DNA of 64,000 nucleotides, taken from NCBI GenBank assembly GCA_009914755.4, contig CP086569.2, positions 192,001-256,000 of the forward strand, given 5' to 3'. The position numbers and the translations under genes were made by a program. Positions 14,763 to 27,131 of this stretch are shown here, in pieces; position 1 is the first letter of the stretch, and every line of letters begins with the position of its first letter. The notes under the pieces were generated by a model, which ran no database searches, was not told where the DNA came from, and saw nothing but the letters and a program-made list of their open reading frames with translations. The stretch comes from the human T2T-CHM13v2.0 reference genome, Homo sapiens.

Positions 14763-17700
14763 ACTAATAGACGAGAGATGGAACAAACAACACAACCACC
14801 CCATGCGGGCACAGAAGATTTACAAGCTTAATCTCATGGACAGAAATAGACTCGGCCCCAGCACAGCTGCAGAGCACACATTCTTTTCAACACACACAGC
14901 TCACTTGGGAACTGGCCACCTCTCGGGCTGAGCTGCAGGTCTCAGGGGGTTCTGAAGGAATCACAGGGACTGCTGCCCTGCCCCAAACGTAGCCGGTGAG
15001 GCCAGGCATCTACGGTAAACACAGAAGGAGCAAAAACAGCTGCATGTATGTGGAAGAAGAATTCTAAAGCCAGCCGCCTGTTCATTAAAAAGTTCAGACA
15101 AACCAGAGGGGCCTGTGGCGGCCAGGTCATCCACTTTAAATCCTCCTCAGTACGTGTACTTTAAAAAGAACTTCGTAAAGAGCCCGTCACCCAAAGCGCA
15201 CTGATAAAGGCGACACCCTGACTCCCAACAAGCTATTTCTGTTGAGGGCACTGAGAAGGCAGCTCCCTGACTCATCACAATTCCAGAAGTCACAGATACA
15301 TGTGTCGCCCTTCCAGAGTACACCCACAGTTTTGCAAAACACGTCCATATACGACCAAAAACAAAGGCTGAGCCTAACACTGAGGCTGCCTGTTTTTGCG
15401 TAGAAGTGCGTGCGCTTGATGGGTGCAGGTGAGTGTACCCCGAGAACACAGGCCACGTGCACCGTGACACATCCTCTCGCGACACCAGCCTCGGGCAGAC
15501 CCCCGCATGTGCAGAGGGTGCGCACAGCAGGCAGGGCGCGGTGACCAGCAGAAATGACCCTCGCCCCCACGGCAGCAGGACCGGACACCACGATCAAAGC
15601 CACAGAGGAGGTGCCGGAGCAGCAGGGGGCCGGCGGAAGGGACGCTCAGTACGGGCTGCAACGCACAGCCGTGCCCCCAGGAGCCCCCGCTCTGCAGCGG
15701 CCCCCACTCTGCAGCGGGAGGCGGAAGCACGGGAGGCTGTGGTATGGAATCAGGGACGGGGGGTTTGGCCGGGACGCACACTCATGGATTCCAGCTGAGC
15801 CCCTCGCCCACCCAGATGACGGCCACCCCCTGGAAGGCAGGGCCTGCTGCAAGCTCTGAGCATTCTTCTCGGCCCAGCACTTGACTCCCAGGGACCCTCT
15901 GAGAGGGCTGGTAGAGGGCTGCCAGCTACACCTGCAAACCGCACGCTGGACGGCTAAACACAGGAGTCAAAAAGGTCGGTGTTTACACAGAGGAGCCGAA
16001 CACGGAGATGAGAGGCCCCACGTGTGGGTTTAAAAATCCCCTCTCTAGCAAAGAGGGAGAACTGGTGTGGAGGGGTCAACACAGAAACGCAGCAGGTGCA
16101 GGTGTCTGAGTAGGCCAGAGCTCACGTGGGCTAACAGTCACTCAGACACATGACTGCAGCCGAGCAACCGGGCCTCAACGGACGCTGAGAGACGTCGGCT
16201 GGGGCCTGCACCCACACCTGCAGCCCAGGCACTGGCGCCTGCAGCCACGGCTGCAGCGAGGCGTGAGTCTCCACAGAGCTCGGAAGGCTGGGCTGGGGGA
16301 CGTGGGGATCATTCTGTCCACCAGCCAAGGGGTGACGGTGGATGCCGCGCAACACAGCGAGGGGAGGATCCGGCACCCTCCCTGCGTCCACAAGCCCCTG
16401 GCGGATGCTCCTGAGCTTGGTCTTCTGTGTGGACGTTCCCACCCGGGCTTCTGTTTCCCGTTAACCCCCCTTGCTGCAGCTCCCTGCCAGGTGGGGAACC
16501 CAAGCCCTGCCTTCTCCCTGCCACTGCCCAGGGAGTGGCATCCTGGGCAGCGTCCTGGCCAAACCAAAGGCTGCAAGGGTTTTGGTGACCACTGGCCTTG
16601 GGAGGGGAACGGCACGTGCCCTGGCGGTGAGAGCAGGAGGTGCGTCAGGGACGCCCAGAGCCCAGGCTGTCACCACGCTGAAGTCAGTTCCAAGTACAGC
16701 GGGGCTGCCGCGTAGGGGACGGCGCTTTCAGCCATGCGTGGTGCTGTGTAGGGTCTGTGCGTCCACCCGAAGGACCCCGTGGGGACGCCGGACAGTGTCT
16801 GTGTGACCAGGACAGGTGAAGAGGGGCGTCTGTGTGCTGAGTCAGTGTGTGGGGAGCGGGAGAGTCACTCCCCAGGCGGGGAGGGCCAGGCTAGGCAGCA
16901 CAGCTGTCCTGGGCTGGGAACAAGGTCTGAGCTGTCCTGCTGTTGCCCGGGGACAGAAGGCCCGAGAATCCCTGGGCAGGAGGCGCAGGCAGTGGCTCCG
17001 GCAAGAAGAGCTCAGCCAAGCAGCTGCACGGCCCCACTCCAGGTACATGCTGGGTCCTACAGTGAGAGCATGAGCCGTGTAACACGCCATCGTCACACGG
17101 GAGCCTCCCCGGACCCACGGTGAGAGTACGTGTAACACGCCATCGTCACACGGGAGCCTCCCCGGACCCACGGCGTGAACGCATGCTGTTCCGTTCCCAA
17201 GGCCGGCGGTCGCTGAACGCCCCCACCCCCCGAGTTTGGTTTGTCAAGGATGCCGGTGACAGGGAAGTGGGCAGTGGCAGGGAGGAGGAGGAGCTTGGGT
17301 TCACCATCGGGGCAGGCAGCACCCGCCAGGGGGTTAGTGGGAACAGAAGCCCAGGTGGGACGTCGCACAGTCAGAAGATCAAGCTCAGGAGCACCCGCCA
17401 GGGGCTCGTGGGTGCGGCCAACGTTGGCCGTGGAAGGCTGTGCCCGTCAGAGGACCCCTGAAAACAGTACCGTGCTGCCCGGCCGGGAGCGTCCGAAGGC
17501 GGAGGTGCGGCACCCCAACACGTCCAGTGGCTCCAACACGGGTGCTCCCTGACAACCCTGAGGGTGTGTCCAAGTGGGGTGGACCCAACAGACAGAGCCC
17601 ACACTCATGCGCGGAGTGAAAGCAGCCAGGAAACGTCCCCTTCTCCCCCAACACCACCCCCACAAATACCCCCAAATATGCCTGTAATTCCTCCACCACC

Positions 17701-18508
17701 CCTCAGACAACATGCATTTCACACGTCTGTCCTCACTCCCTAAAAACGTGGAAACCTATTTTCTGTAAAATGAAGCAAACTTCTGTAAACGGAATTCATG
17801 ATTTCCCAGAAACTGACTTTTTAAAAATAAACAGTCCTCACAGGTGCATCGTCACCACAGCCCCCCACAGAAGAGCCAGGGCCCCACTGCAGGGCTGAAG
17901 GGCTTCCTCATCCAGCCACGTGCGAGCTAATCACCTCATTGACTCTGCGACCAGCGAGCCCGCACCGCCCAGCACCTCCCACCATCTAGAGCAAATCCCG
18001 CACGAGGCTGATCTCGCTCTTCGCAGGTTAAGAGGATTTTAAAGACACCAGCCTCGCCCTTACCCACTTACAGGCAAAATGTCAAAACCTGGAAGACAGA
18101 GGTCAAAAACTCCGAAGGAGTGCAAAAGTTGATGTGAGATCTTACAGAAAAAATTTCAATTAAAATATCAACAGAAAGAAGTGGGTCTTCCTCCCCCTTC
18201 AAGCAGGATGCCTTGGTTCACCTTGATGTTAGGCCACTAGTTCCAGACTCCTGGAACTGAGTTTGAAAAGCGCGTCTGATGTGCCACGTGGGTGTGAGGC
18301 GCCCGCCACGCACACCCTGTCTGGATGAAATTCGGATCAGATTCGGCCGCAGCCAAACCCTAAATTCTCAAATTATACTGGGATTGTCACAGGAAGACTC
18401 TTACACGTTTAAATCACATGGTACTCGTAAAACTAACTCATACAATATACACGGGGTACAGACACAAATTTTACTTCCCTGAGCACTTATGAGAACTGAG
18501 ATTAAATT

Positions 18509-18790
<282 letters not shown>

Positions 18791-19370
18791 TTCAAAGCCA
18801 CTGAGTTACTGAATAAAACCACGCTGCATAAATAGTCCGGTATGTGAGTGATATCTCAACCGACTCTTAAGTTAGCCAGTGGGAAGGAATGCTGGGTATT
18901 GCAATAACGCCGGGAAAGTTTCACCCACCCGACGCCTTTACGAAGGGTGAAGGAGTTTCCCGATGTTTATTACCAGCAATGCAAGGTATATTTAAATTAA
19001 AAATCTGTCTGCAGCGAACACTCCCAGGCGCTGACGGCTCTCACCCGCCTTGGTTGATCACAGCAAGGCGCGCACTCACAGCCAAAACTCCCGGGAAAGG
19101 AGCGAGTGCTCTTTTCAAAGCCCGGTTTTCCTAACAAGCTTGGCACCGCTTCCCACAGAGCAGCACCCGGTTTTCGGCGGCGTGCGGCCCGAGCGGGTCC
19201 CCTGCGCCCACAACTGGCCCTGTAAATCTGGCGTTTGGGCCCCGCCACGCAACAACGGGTGCACGGCCAGCAGCGGCGAGCGGGGGCCCACGCGGGGCCG
19301 GGAGGGCAGGGCTCGCCGGGCCGGGAGGCCTCGCCCGGTGTCGGGCAGCCGCGGGGCGCGCGGGGCTGAC

Positions 19371-19496
19371 CTGCTGGAAGGCCTTCAGCCGCTTCTTGAA
19401 CCGAGAGGGCAGCACGAAGTCGCAGCCGCGGGCCAGTGAGGCCAGCTCCTGGCGCAGGTCGGGGTCCTGGCGCAGCGAGCGCTCGCGGAGTCGCAT
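19371..19496 (-). CDS. PPP2R3B: Alternative first coding exon (PR48/PR72-type N-terminus): MRLRERSLRQDPDLRQELASLARGCDFVLPSRFKKRLKAFQQ (42 codons)
   Basis: ATG at 19496-19494 (GGCGGCATGC context), GT donor (GTCAGC) at 19370-19369, phase 0. Joins in frame to the exon at 4522. Close match to the recalled PPP2R3A PR72 N-terminus (..SLRRDPDLRGELAFLARGCDFVLPSRFKKRLKSFQQ). An in-frame upstream ATG at 19610 is an alternative start. Confidence 0.65.
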
Positions 19497-19900
19497 GCCG
19501 CCGGCGCGCAGGGCTCTCCGCGGGCCGGGCCGGGCGCCGCGCTCTCGGGGCAGGGCCGGGCCGGGGCCGGCGGGGCGCTGCAGGCGTGGCCCGGGCTCAG
19601 CGCGCTCCATGCGTCGCCCGCCAGGCGCTCTGGGGCCGGGGCCCGCGCCGCGCGCATTCCTCAGGCTGAGGAGGGCGCATGGCGCCGGGGGTGGGGGCGG
19701 CCGCCTCTCCCGACCCGCGACTGTGCAGACCCGGCTGCTCCCGGCGCTGCTCTCCTCTCCTCCTTCTCCGCTCCCTGCACTGCCCTCCGCTCCCTCCGGT
19801 CCTCTTCTCTCCTCTCCCCGTTCGCTCCGGGCTGGGCCGTCCGGCCGGGCAAGGGGGCGCTTTCTGCACCGCGGCAGCCGTCACGTGGCTCGCCCTGGAG

Positions 19901-20020
19901 CGCGCATCAACAGGTCCCCGAGAGGAGAGCCTGGGCGGAACGCGCATCAACAGGTCCCCGAGAGGAGAGCCTGGGCGGAACGCGCATCAACAGGTCCCCG
20001 AGAAGAGAGCCTGGGGACGG
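19901..20020. repeat. 40-bp tandem repeat x3 (CGCGCATCAACAGGTCCCCGAGAGGAGAGCCTGGGCGGAA)
   Basis: Three consecutive near-identical 40-mers at 19901, 19941 and 19981. Confidence 0.9.
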
Positions 20021-21134
20021 CCTCGGGGACCCAGGCGAAGGCGCTCCCCGCGAGAAGTGAGGTCCCCCCCCTCCACGACAACACCAGAGCTGGCTGCAGG
20101 CTCGGTGCCGGCTCCGGCTTGCCCCTCCAGAGCACAGGGCACGCCAGGTGCAGCTGCGCCTCCACAAACACGCACGGCAGCCCAGACATCCCGGCAGCCC
20201 GGCATCAAAGCGCGCCGGCATCTCCGCCCCTCCCCAAACTTCAGGAGTTTCTAGAATACAGCTAAGCTGCAGTGGGCATCCAGGATCTCGTCTTCTCTGC
20301 CACTGCTCACTGTGATAACTGCGCTTGTTTGCAATCGTATTTAGAACAAGAAAAGAGGGGCGGTGGAAAAGGGGGACGGGCAACTTTAAATGAGGGTGAG
20401 CTGACATTCCGGGGGCCTGCACCTCGATCCCACCGGGAAGGAGACAGGATACCTTCGGGCTGAGGGTCAGAAACTGGCCACATCCCTGCCAGGCTGAACG
20501 CTGTCAGCAGAAAGCCTCCCGGGTCCCCGATCAGGAAGGTCCTGCGTGACCGCCTGCATCTGTTACAGTCAATAAACCTCCTTGGACGGGTCACTATCAC
20601 CCCGAGTCAACAGCGTGCACTGGGCTCTCCCGCTGCCGCACGCTCTGTTGAGTCTGGAAAAACGCAGGATGACACGGATCTACCACTGTGGGGTCACGCA
20701 GAGGAGTTTCCCTGCCCTGAAAAACGTCTGTGTGGCACTGACGCACCCAACCCCCGCAAGCCCCGATCTGTTTCCTGTCTCCATCGTTTTCCTTTTTCCG
20801 AGTGTCCTAGACTTGGAACCAGAAGTCTGCAGCCATCTCAGACTGGCCTTTTCTTCTCCTGCAACCTTCCACACCACCTCTGACGCCCACCACAGCCCCC
20901 CACCCGCAAGGCCCCTTCCAACTCTTCTTAGGGGTACGCCCCTCTCCACTTCCTTCTCTTCCACCTCCTTCCCTTCTCCAGCCATCCTCGGATCCCTCCA
21001 TCCTTCTCACTTCCTTACTGTCCTTGAGGATTCAGAAGTCGGCCTCTGACCCCCGGTAAGTCTCCAAAGGGAAGCTTTAAGACAGCACCAGAGGGAATGT
21101 GCTCAAACCACCAGGAGACGATTTAAACAAGTGC

Positions 21135-21478
21135 ACCCAGTAACCCACGATGCGGGGCGCAAACTCACAGGGCAGAGGTGCCGCCCAGTCACCCACGATG
21201 CGGGGCGCAAACTCACAGGGCAGAGGTGCTGCCCAGTCACCCACGATGCAGGATGCAAACTCACAGGGCAGAGGTGCCGCCCAGTCACCCACGATGCAGG
21301 ATGCAAACTCACAGGGCAGAGGTGCGGCCCAGTAACCCATGATGTGGGGCACAAACTCACAGGGCAGAGGTGCCGTCCCGTCACCCACGATGCGGGGCGC
21401 AAACTCACAGGACAGAGGTGCCGCCCAGTCACCCACGATGTGGGGCGCAAACTCACAGGGCAGAGGTGCCGCCCCTTC
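21135..21478. repeat. 48-bp tandem repeat x7 (AGTCACCCACGATGCGGGGCGCAAACTCACAGGGCAGAGGTGCCGCCC)
   Basis: Visible 48-bp periodicity with GCGGGGCGC / GCAGGATGC / GTGGGGCAC variants. Confidence 0.85.
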
Positions 21479-21751
21479 AGTTCATATCAGCACTACACAC
21501 GGACGGCCTCCCAAACGCAGCTAGGGGAACCAGATTGGGAGCCAACCTCCTGTGATCTCCCTCCGAAAGTCAAAGATCAAACCCAAAATGCGGGGGAAGC
21601 GAGCCAACGGGCGCGATCCTCACACTCAGGCAACATGCCCTGTCCTGCCACGCCAGGTGACACACGCCCTGTCCTGCCACGGCGGGTGACACACACCCCT
21701 GTGGACTTTACTGCCAGGTTTCCTCTTTCCGTACAAGACTTTTGGAACACA

Positions 21752-22071
<320 letters not shown>

Positions 22072-22276
22072 TCAAAATCCTGAAGTGCACACATAGGCAG
22101 AGATTTAGACTCTGACCTGGAGCCCTCGAACCACCTCTGGATGCAGTCCCACTGCCCCCCTGGAGCCCTTGCGTCCTGTCCCGATGCAGAACCCGCACCA
22201 CCCGCCCCCAGTGCAGCCACAGGGCTGTCTACACCGGATGGGGGAGGGACAGGGCTGTCCACACTCGACAGAGCCC

Positions 22277-23985
22277 CCATGGGGCCATCCACTACCGTGT
22301 ACAGGGACGGGCCGTCCACAGTGGGGCCGCCATGGGGCTGTCTATACACTACTGTATGCAGGGACGGGCCGTCCACACCCAGTGGGGCCGCCATGGGGCT
22401 GTCTATACACTACTGTGTACAGGGACGGGCCGTCCACAGTGGGGCCGCCATGGGGCTGTCTATACACTACTGTATACAGGGACGGGCCGTCCACAGTGGG
22501 GCCGCCATGGGGCTGTCTATACACTACTGTATGCAGGGACGGGCCGTCCACACCCAGTGGGGCCGCCATGGGGCTGTCTATACACTACTGTATGCAGGGA
22601 CGGGCCGTCCACACCCAGTGGGGCCGCCATGGGGCTGTCTATACACTACTGTATGCAGGGACGGGCCATCCACACCCAGTGGGGCCACCATGGGGCTGTC
22701 TATACACTACTGTGTACAGGGACGGGCCGTCCACACCCAGTGGGGCCACCATGGGGCTGTCTATACACTACTGTGTACAGGGACGGGCCGTCCACAGTGG
22801 GGCCGCCATGGGGCTGTCTATACACTACTGTATACAGGGACGGGCCGTCCACAGTGGGGCCGCCATGGGGCTGTCTATACACTACTGTATGCAGGGACGG
22901 GCCGTCCACACCCAGTGGGGCCGCCATGGGGCTGTCTATACACTACTGTATGCAGGGACGGGCCGTCCACACCCAGTGGGGCCGCCATGGGGCTGTCTAT
23001 ACACTACTGTATGCAGGGACGGGCCGTCCACACCCAGTGGGGCCGCCATGGGGCTGTCTATACACTACTGTGTACAGGGACGGGCCGTCCACACCCAGTG
23101 GGGCCACCATGGGGCTGTCTATACACTACTGTATGCAGGGACGGGCCGTCCACAGTGGGGCCGCCATGGGGCTGTCTATACACTACTGTGTACAGGGACG
23201 GGCCGTCCACACCCAGTGGGGCCGCCATGGGGCTGTCTATACACTACTGTATGCAGGGACGGGCCGTCCACAGTGGGGCCGCCATGGGGCTGTCTATACA
23301 CTACTGTGTACAGGGACGGGCCGTCCACACCCAGTGGGGCCGCCATGGGGCTGTCTATACACTACTGTGTACAGGGACGGGCCGTCCACAGTGGGGCCGC
23401 CATGGGGCTGTCTATACACTACTGTGTACAGGGACGGGCCGTCCACACCCAGTGGGGCCACCATGGGGCTGTCTATACACTACTGTGTACAGGGACGGGC
23501 CGTCTACAGTGGGGCCGCCATGGGGCTGTCTATACACTACTGTATGCAGGGACGGGCCGTCCACACCCAGTGGGGCCGCCATGGGGCTGTCTATACACTA
23601 CTGTGTACAGGGACGGGCCGTCCACACCCAGTGGGGCCACCATGGGGCTGTCTATACACTACTGTGTACAGGGACGGGCCGTCCACACCCAGTGGGGCCA
23701 CCATGGGGCTGTCTATACACTACTGTATGCAGGGACGGGCCGTCCACACCCAGTGGGGCCGCCATGGGGCTGTCTATACACTACTGTGTACAGGGACGGG
23801 CCATCCACACCCAGTGGGGCCACCATGGGGCTGTCTATACACTACTGTATGCAGGGACGGGCCGTCTACAGTGGGGCCGCCATGGGGCTGTCTATACACT
23901 ACTGTGTACAGGGACGGGCCGTCCACACTTGACAGGACCACCACAGGGCTGTCTATACACTACTGTGTACAGGGACGGGGCCGTC
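22277..23985. repeat. 57/61-bp minisatellite (CCATGGGGCTGTCTATACACTACTGT(A/G)T(G/A)CAGGGACGGGCCGTCCAC(ACCC)AGTGGGGCCG)n, about 29 copies
   Basis: Two interspersed unit lengths that differ by an ACCC insertion. The 57-bp (3x19) unit keeps the reading frame, which explains the 587-651 aa plus-strand pseudo-ORFs. Confidence 0.95.
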
Positions 23986-24909
23986 ATAGCATTGTTTTTG
24001 CACCACAGGCCAGCACGGAATCTGCGAGGCCTGTTTTCAGCCTGTTCCCCCCAAATTCCTACTCTGAAGAGACAACATTGCCATCTGGGCCGATGAAGCC
24101 CCTCACGGCACCCGAATCTCCACCGTCCCTCTGCTGTCGGGACACAATCTTACCATCAACCTCTAAAGGCTCCTAAAATGCCCAGAAGACCTTTATGCAA
24201 AATTTTCATAAAAATCTCTTCACTTTTCATTCTCACTAAACATACATTTGTTCAGACGGCTTGTTTTAGGATAAAAATGTGTCTTCCATGAGCAAACATA
24301 ATGGCTTTTCTGAAATCCCAGATTTGAAAGGCTTACGAAGGCGACCTGCCCTTTGTGAGAAAAAGTTTTTCTGAACATCCAAAGCTAAAAGCATAGCTAG
24401 TAACAGGCAAGCCTATGAGACAGGAAGATGGCCCAGAATCCTGTCCTCACCCTGCAGGTGCCGTCTGCAGAGCACGGCTTCCTCCCTGTTTCAAAGGCCC
24501 TGAGAGGACAGGCTCCAGCGGATTCAAAACCCGTCCACCTCATCTCAGGAAACGGCATGGTTCTCTCTGTCAACAGAAGGGGAGGGAGGGATGAAGCTCT
24601 TTACACAGTTTCCATGGTTGCAGATTCTCGGAGGTTGCAAGAAGGGTTTTCGACACCTTCCTTCCTCCTCACAACGAGACTCTCATCGGTGCCCACTATG
24701 AAAACGTGAATAGGTCGTTGTTACGAAGGCAGTGAGAACTGAACGCAGACAGGCACGCACCTGTACAAAAGCTACAGTCCCTGGGCAAGCTCAAGGCTCC
24801 CGCACGAAACCTTCAGAAACCCTGAGCTCCTGCCCTGAGGGTTCTAGGTGCTTTTGTCTTACAACATGTTTGTTAAGAACTTCTAATGAAACGTTAAGAT
24901 AACCACACC

Positions 24910-25395
24910 TGTATGTACATGCACCTGTGTGTGTGTATGCACCTGTGTGTTTGTGTGTATGCACCTGTGTGTGTGTATGCACCTACGTGTGTGTGTATGC
25001 ACCTGTGTGTGCACCTGTGTGTATGCACCTATGTGTGTGTATGCACCTATGTGTGCATGTACCTGTGTGTATGGACCTATGTATGTGTGTATGCGTGTGT
25101 ATGCACCTGTGTATGCACCTGTGTGTATGCACCTATGTGTGTGTGTGTGTATGGACCTATGTATGTGTATGCACCTGTGTGTATGTATCTGTGTGTATGG
25201 ACCTATGTATGTGTGTATGCGTGTGTATGCACCTGTTATGCACCTGTGTGTATGCACCTATGTGTGTATGTACCTGTGTATGCACCTATGTGTGTATGCA
25301 CCTATGTGTGTATGCACCTGTGTTTGTGCATATGCACCTGTGTGTGTGTATGCACCTGTGTGTTTGTGTGTATGCACCTGTGTGTGTGATGCACA
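24910..25395. repeat. TG-rich complex repeat (GTGTGTATGCACCTGTGT-like about 18-bp units), alternating purine-pyrimidine
   Basis: Repeated TGTGTGTATGCACCT / TGTATGGACCTATGTATG motifs over about 490 bp. Confidence 0.85.
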
Positions 25396-25489
25396 CGCAC
25401 GCCCGTGTTTATCTCCAAATACCCTGTTCTAATGTTCTAGAATGCTGGCACCCGGTCTGATAAAAATCACAGGTTAGGTGGACACCAAA

Positions 25490-26397
25490 ACTGAGTAGCT
25501 TCCAGAAATTAGAGAAGAACTAAATAAACAGATAGAAACTTAATCAAGGAGGTGCAAGAGGTGTACCCGGGGAAGTACACAACGTTGCTGAACAAAACCT
25601 AAATGAATGGAAAGTCCTTTGTTTGTGGATTGGAAAATACTGTTAAGGTATCAATTATCCTAAATTGATCCACAGATTCAAAGCAATCCCAATCAAAATT
25701 CCAACAGGCTTTTCTTGCTGGAAAGCAATTTTTAAAGAACAGGCTTGGACTCACAGTATCTGCTTTCAAAATTTGCTAGAAAGTTACACTAATCTGGAAA
25801 GTGCCATGAAGGTGAGGGGATGCACATACAGCAATGGGATGGAAATAATAATAAAACAGACGTACGTACTCAACTGACTTTCAACAACACAATTCCACGG
25901 GGGGAGAAAAGACTGTTCAATATACGGTGCTGGGGTCATCCAGATACCTCACCTCATACCACGCAGAAAAACTGACCTGAACTGGATCACAGGCCGAAAC
26001 GCAAACCTAAAACCACACTGCTTTCTCAAGATAAATAGGAGAAAATATTTGACACCTTGTGGTATGCAAACATTTTGTAATAAGACACAAAAAATAAGAG
26101 TCATAAAAGAAAAAAGTTGAAAAACTAAACACTTTTGCTCTTTGAGACACTGAAGAAAACAAAAAGCAAGCCAGACTCAAGAGACATATGCACACACCAC
26201 ATTGTCTTACCAAGGACTTGCCAACAGTTGTATGTAAAGAGCTCTCGCAACTCAGTGATAACATAACCCAATTTAAAAAGCAAACACACGACCTGAACAG
26301 ACGCTCGACAGTGGGAACCACATGAATGGCAAATAAGCACCTGAAAATTCCTCGGCGTCACCAGGCCGCAGGGAAATGCAATCAAAATCGTGCAGTA
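25490..26397 (+). mobile_element. Ancient L1 LINE fragment (3' part of ORF2), truncated by Alu insertion
   Basis: Recognisable L1 ORF2 strings: ATTCAAAGCAATCCCAATCAAAATTCCAACAGGCTTTT, ..ATGGCAAATAAGCACCTGAAAA.., ..AGGGAAATGCAATCAAAATCGTGCAGTACT. Highly diverged. Confidence 0.7.
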
Positions 26398-26710
26398 CTG
26401 GCCGGGTGTGGTTGCCCTCGTCTGTCATCCCAGCACTCTGGGAGGCTGGGGCGGGTGGATCACCTGAGGTCAGGAGTTCAAGACCAGCCTGACCAACATA
26501 GTGAAACCCCATCTCTACTAAAAATACAAAACTAGCCGGGCGTGGTGGCGGGTGCCTGTAATCCCAGCTACTCGGGAGGCTGAGGCAGGAGACTCACTTG
26601 AACTGCAGGAGGTGGAGGTTGTAGTGAGCCGAAATTGCGTCATTGCACTGCAGCCTGGGCAACAAGAGTGAAACTCCATCTCAAAAAAAAAAAAAAAAAA
26701 AAAAAAAGCA
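26398..26710 (+). mobile_element. Alu SINE inserted into the L1 fragment
   Basis: GGCCGGGTGTGGTTGCCCTCGTCTGTCATCCCAGCACTCTGGGAGGCTGGGGCGGGTGGATCACCTGAGG... long poly-A. Confidence 0.9.
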
Positions 26711-26822
26711 GCTCATCCACATGAGGTTCTTAATTCCCCTTGTAAGAACTTACTTTAAAGATGCATTTAGGGTCCCCCCTAGCAGAAGCACCCTGGCTTG
26801 CAGCATCAGCCCATCGATACTG

Positions 26823-27131
<309 letters not shown>

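Larger units (their letters stand above)
19150..20110. promoter_or_regulatory. PPP2R3B: CpG island, candidate internal alternative promoter around the alternative first exon
   Basis: Very high GC and CpG density (GCGCGC, CCGGGC runs). Contains a CACGTG E-box at 19883-19888 and a 40-bp x3 tandem repeat at 19901-20020. Confidence 0.55.

Noticed and set aside
13846-14831. ORFs of 301, 310 and 265 aa (minus) and 234 aa (plus), Pro/Gly-rich
   Set aside because: Translation of the 37-bp minisatellite.
22141-24176. Plus-strand ORFs of 651, 587 and 614 aa (..GPPWGCLYTTVYRDGPSTPSGAAMGLSIHYCMQGRAVHTQWGRHGAVYTLL..)
   Set aside because: Artifact of the 57-bp (19-codon) minisatellite, which keeps the frame open. 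Three overlapping frames are all open. This is not a gene.
24428-24709. 93-aa plus-strand ORF (MAQNPVLTLQVPSAEHGFLPVSKALRGQAPADSKPVHLISGNGMVLSVNRRGG...)
   Set aside because: Isolated short ORF in unique intronic sequence with no Kozak or splice support and no similarity I can recognise. It is most likely random.
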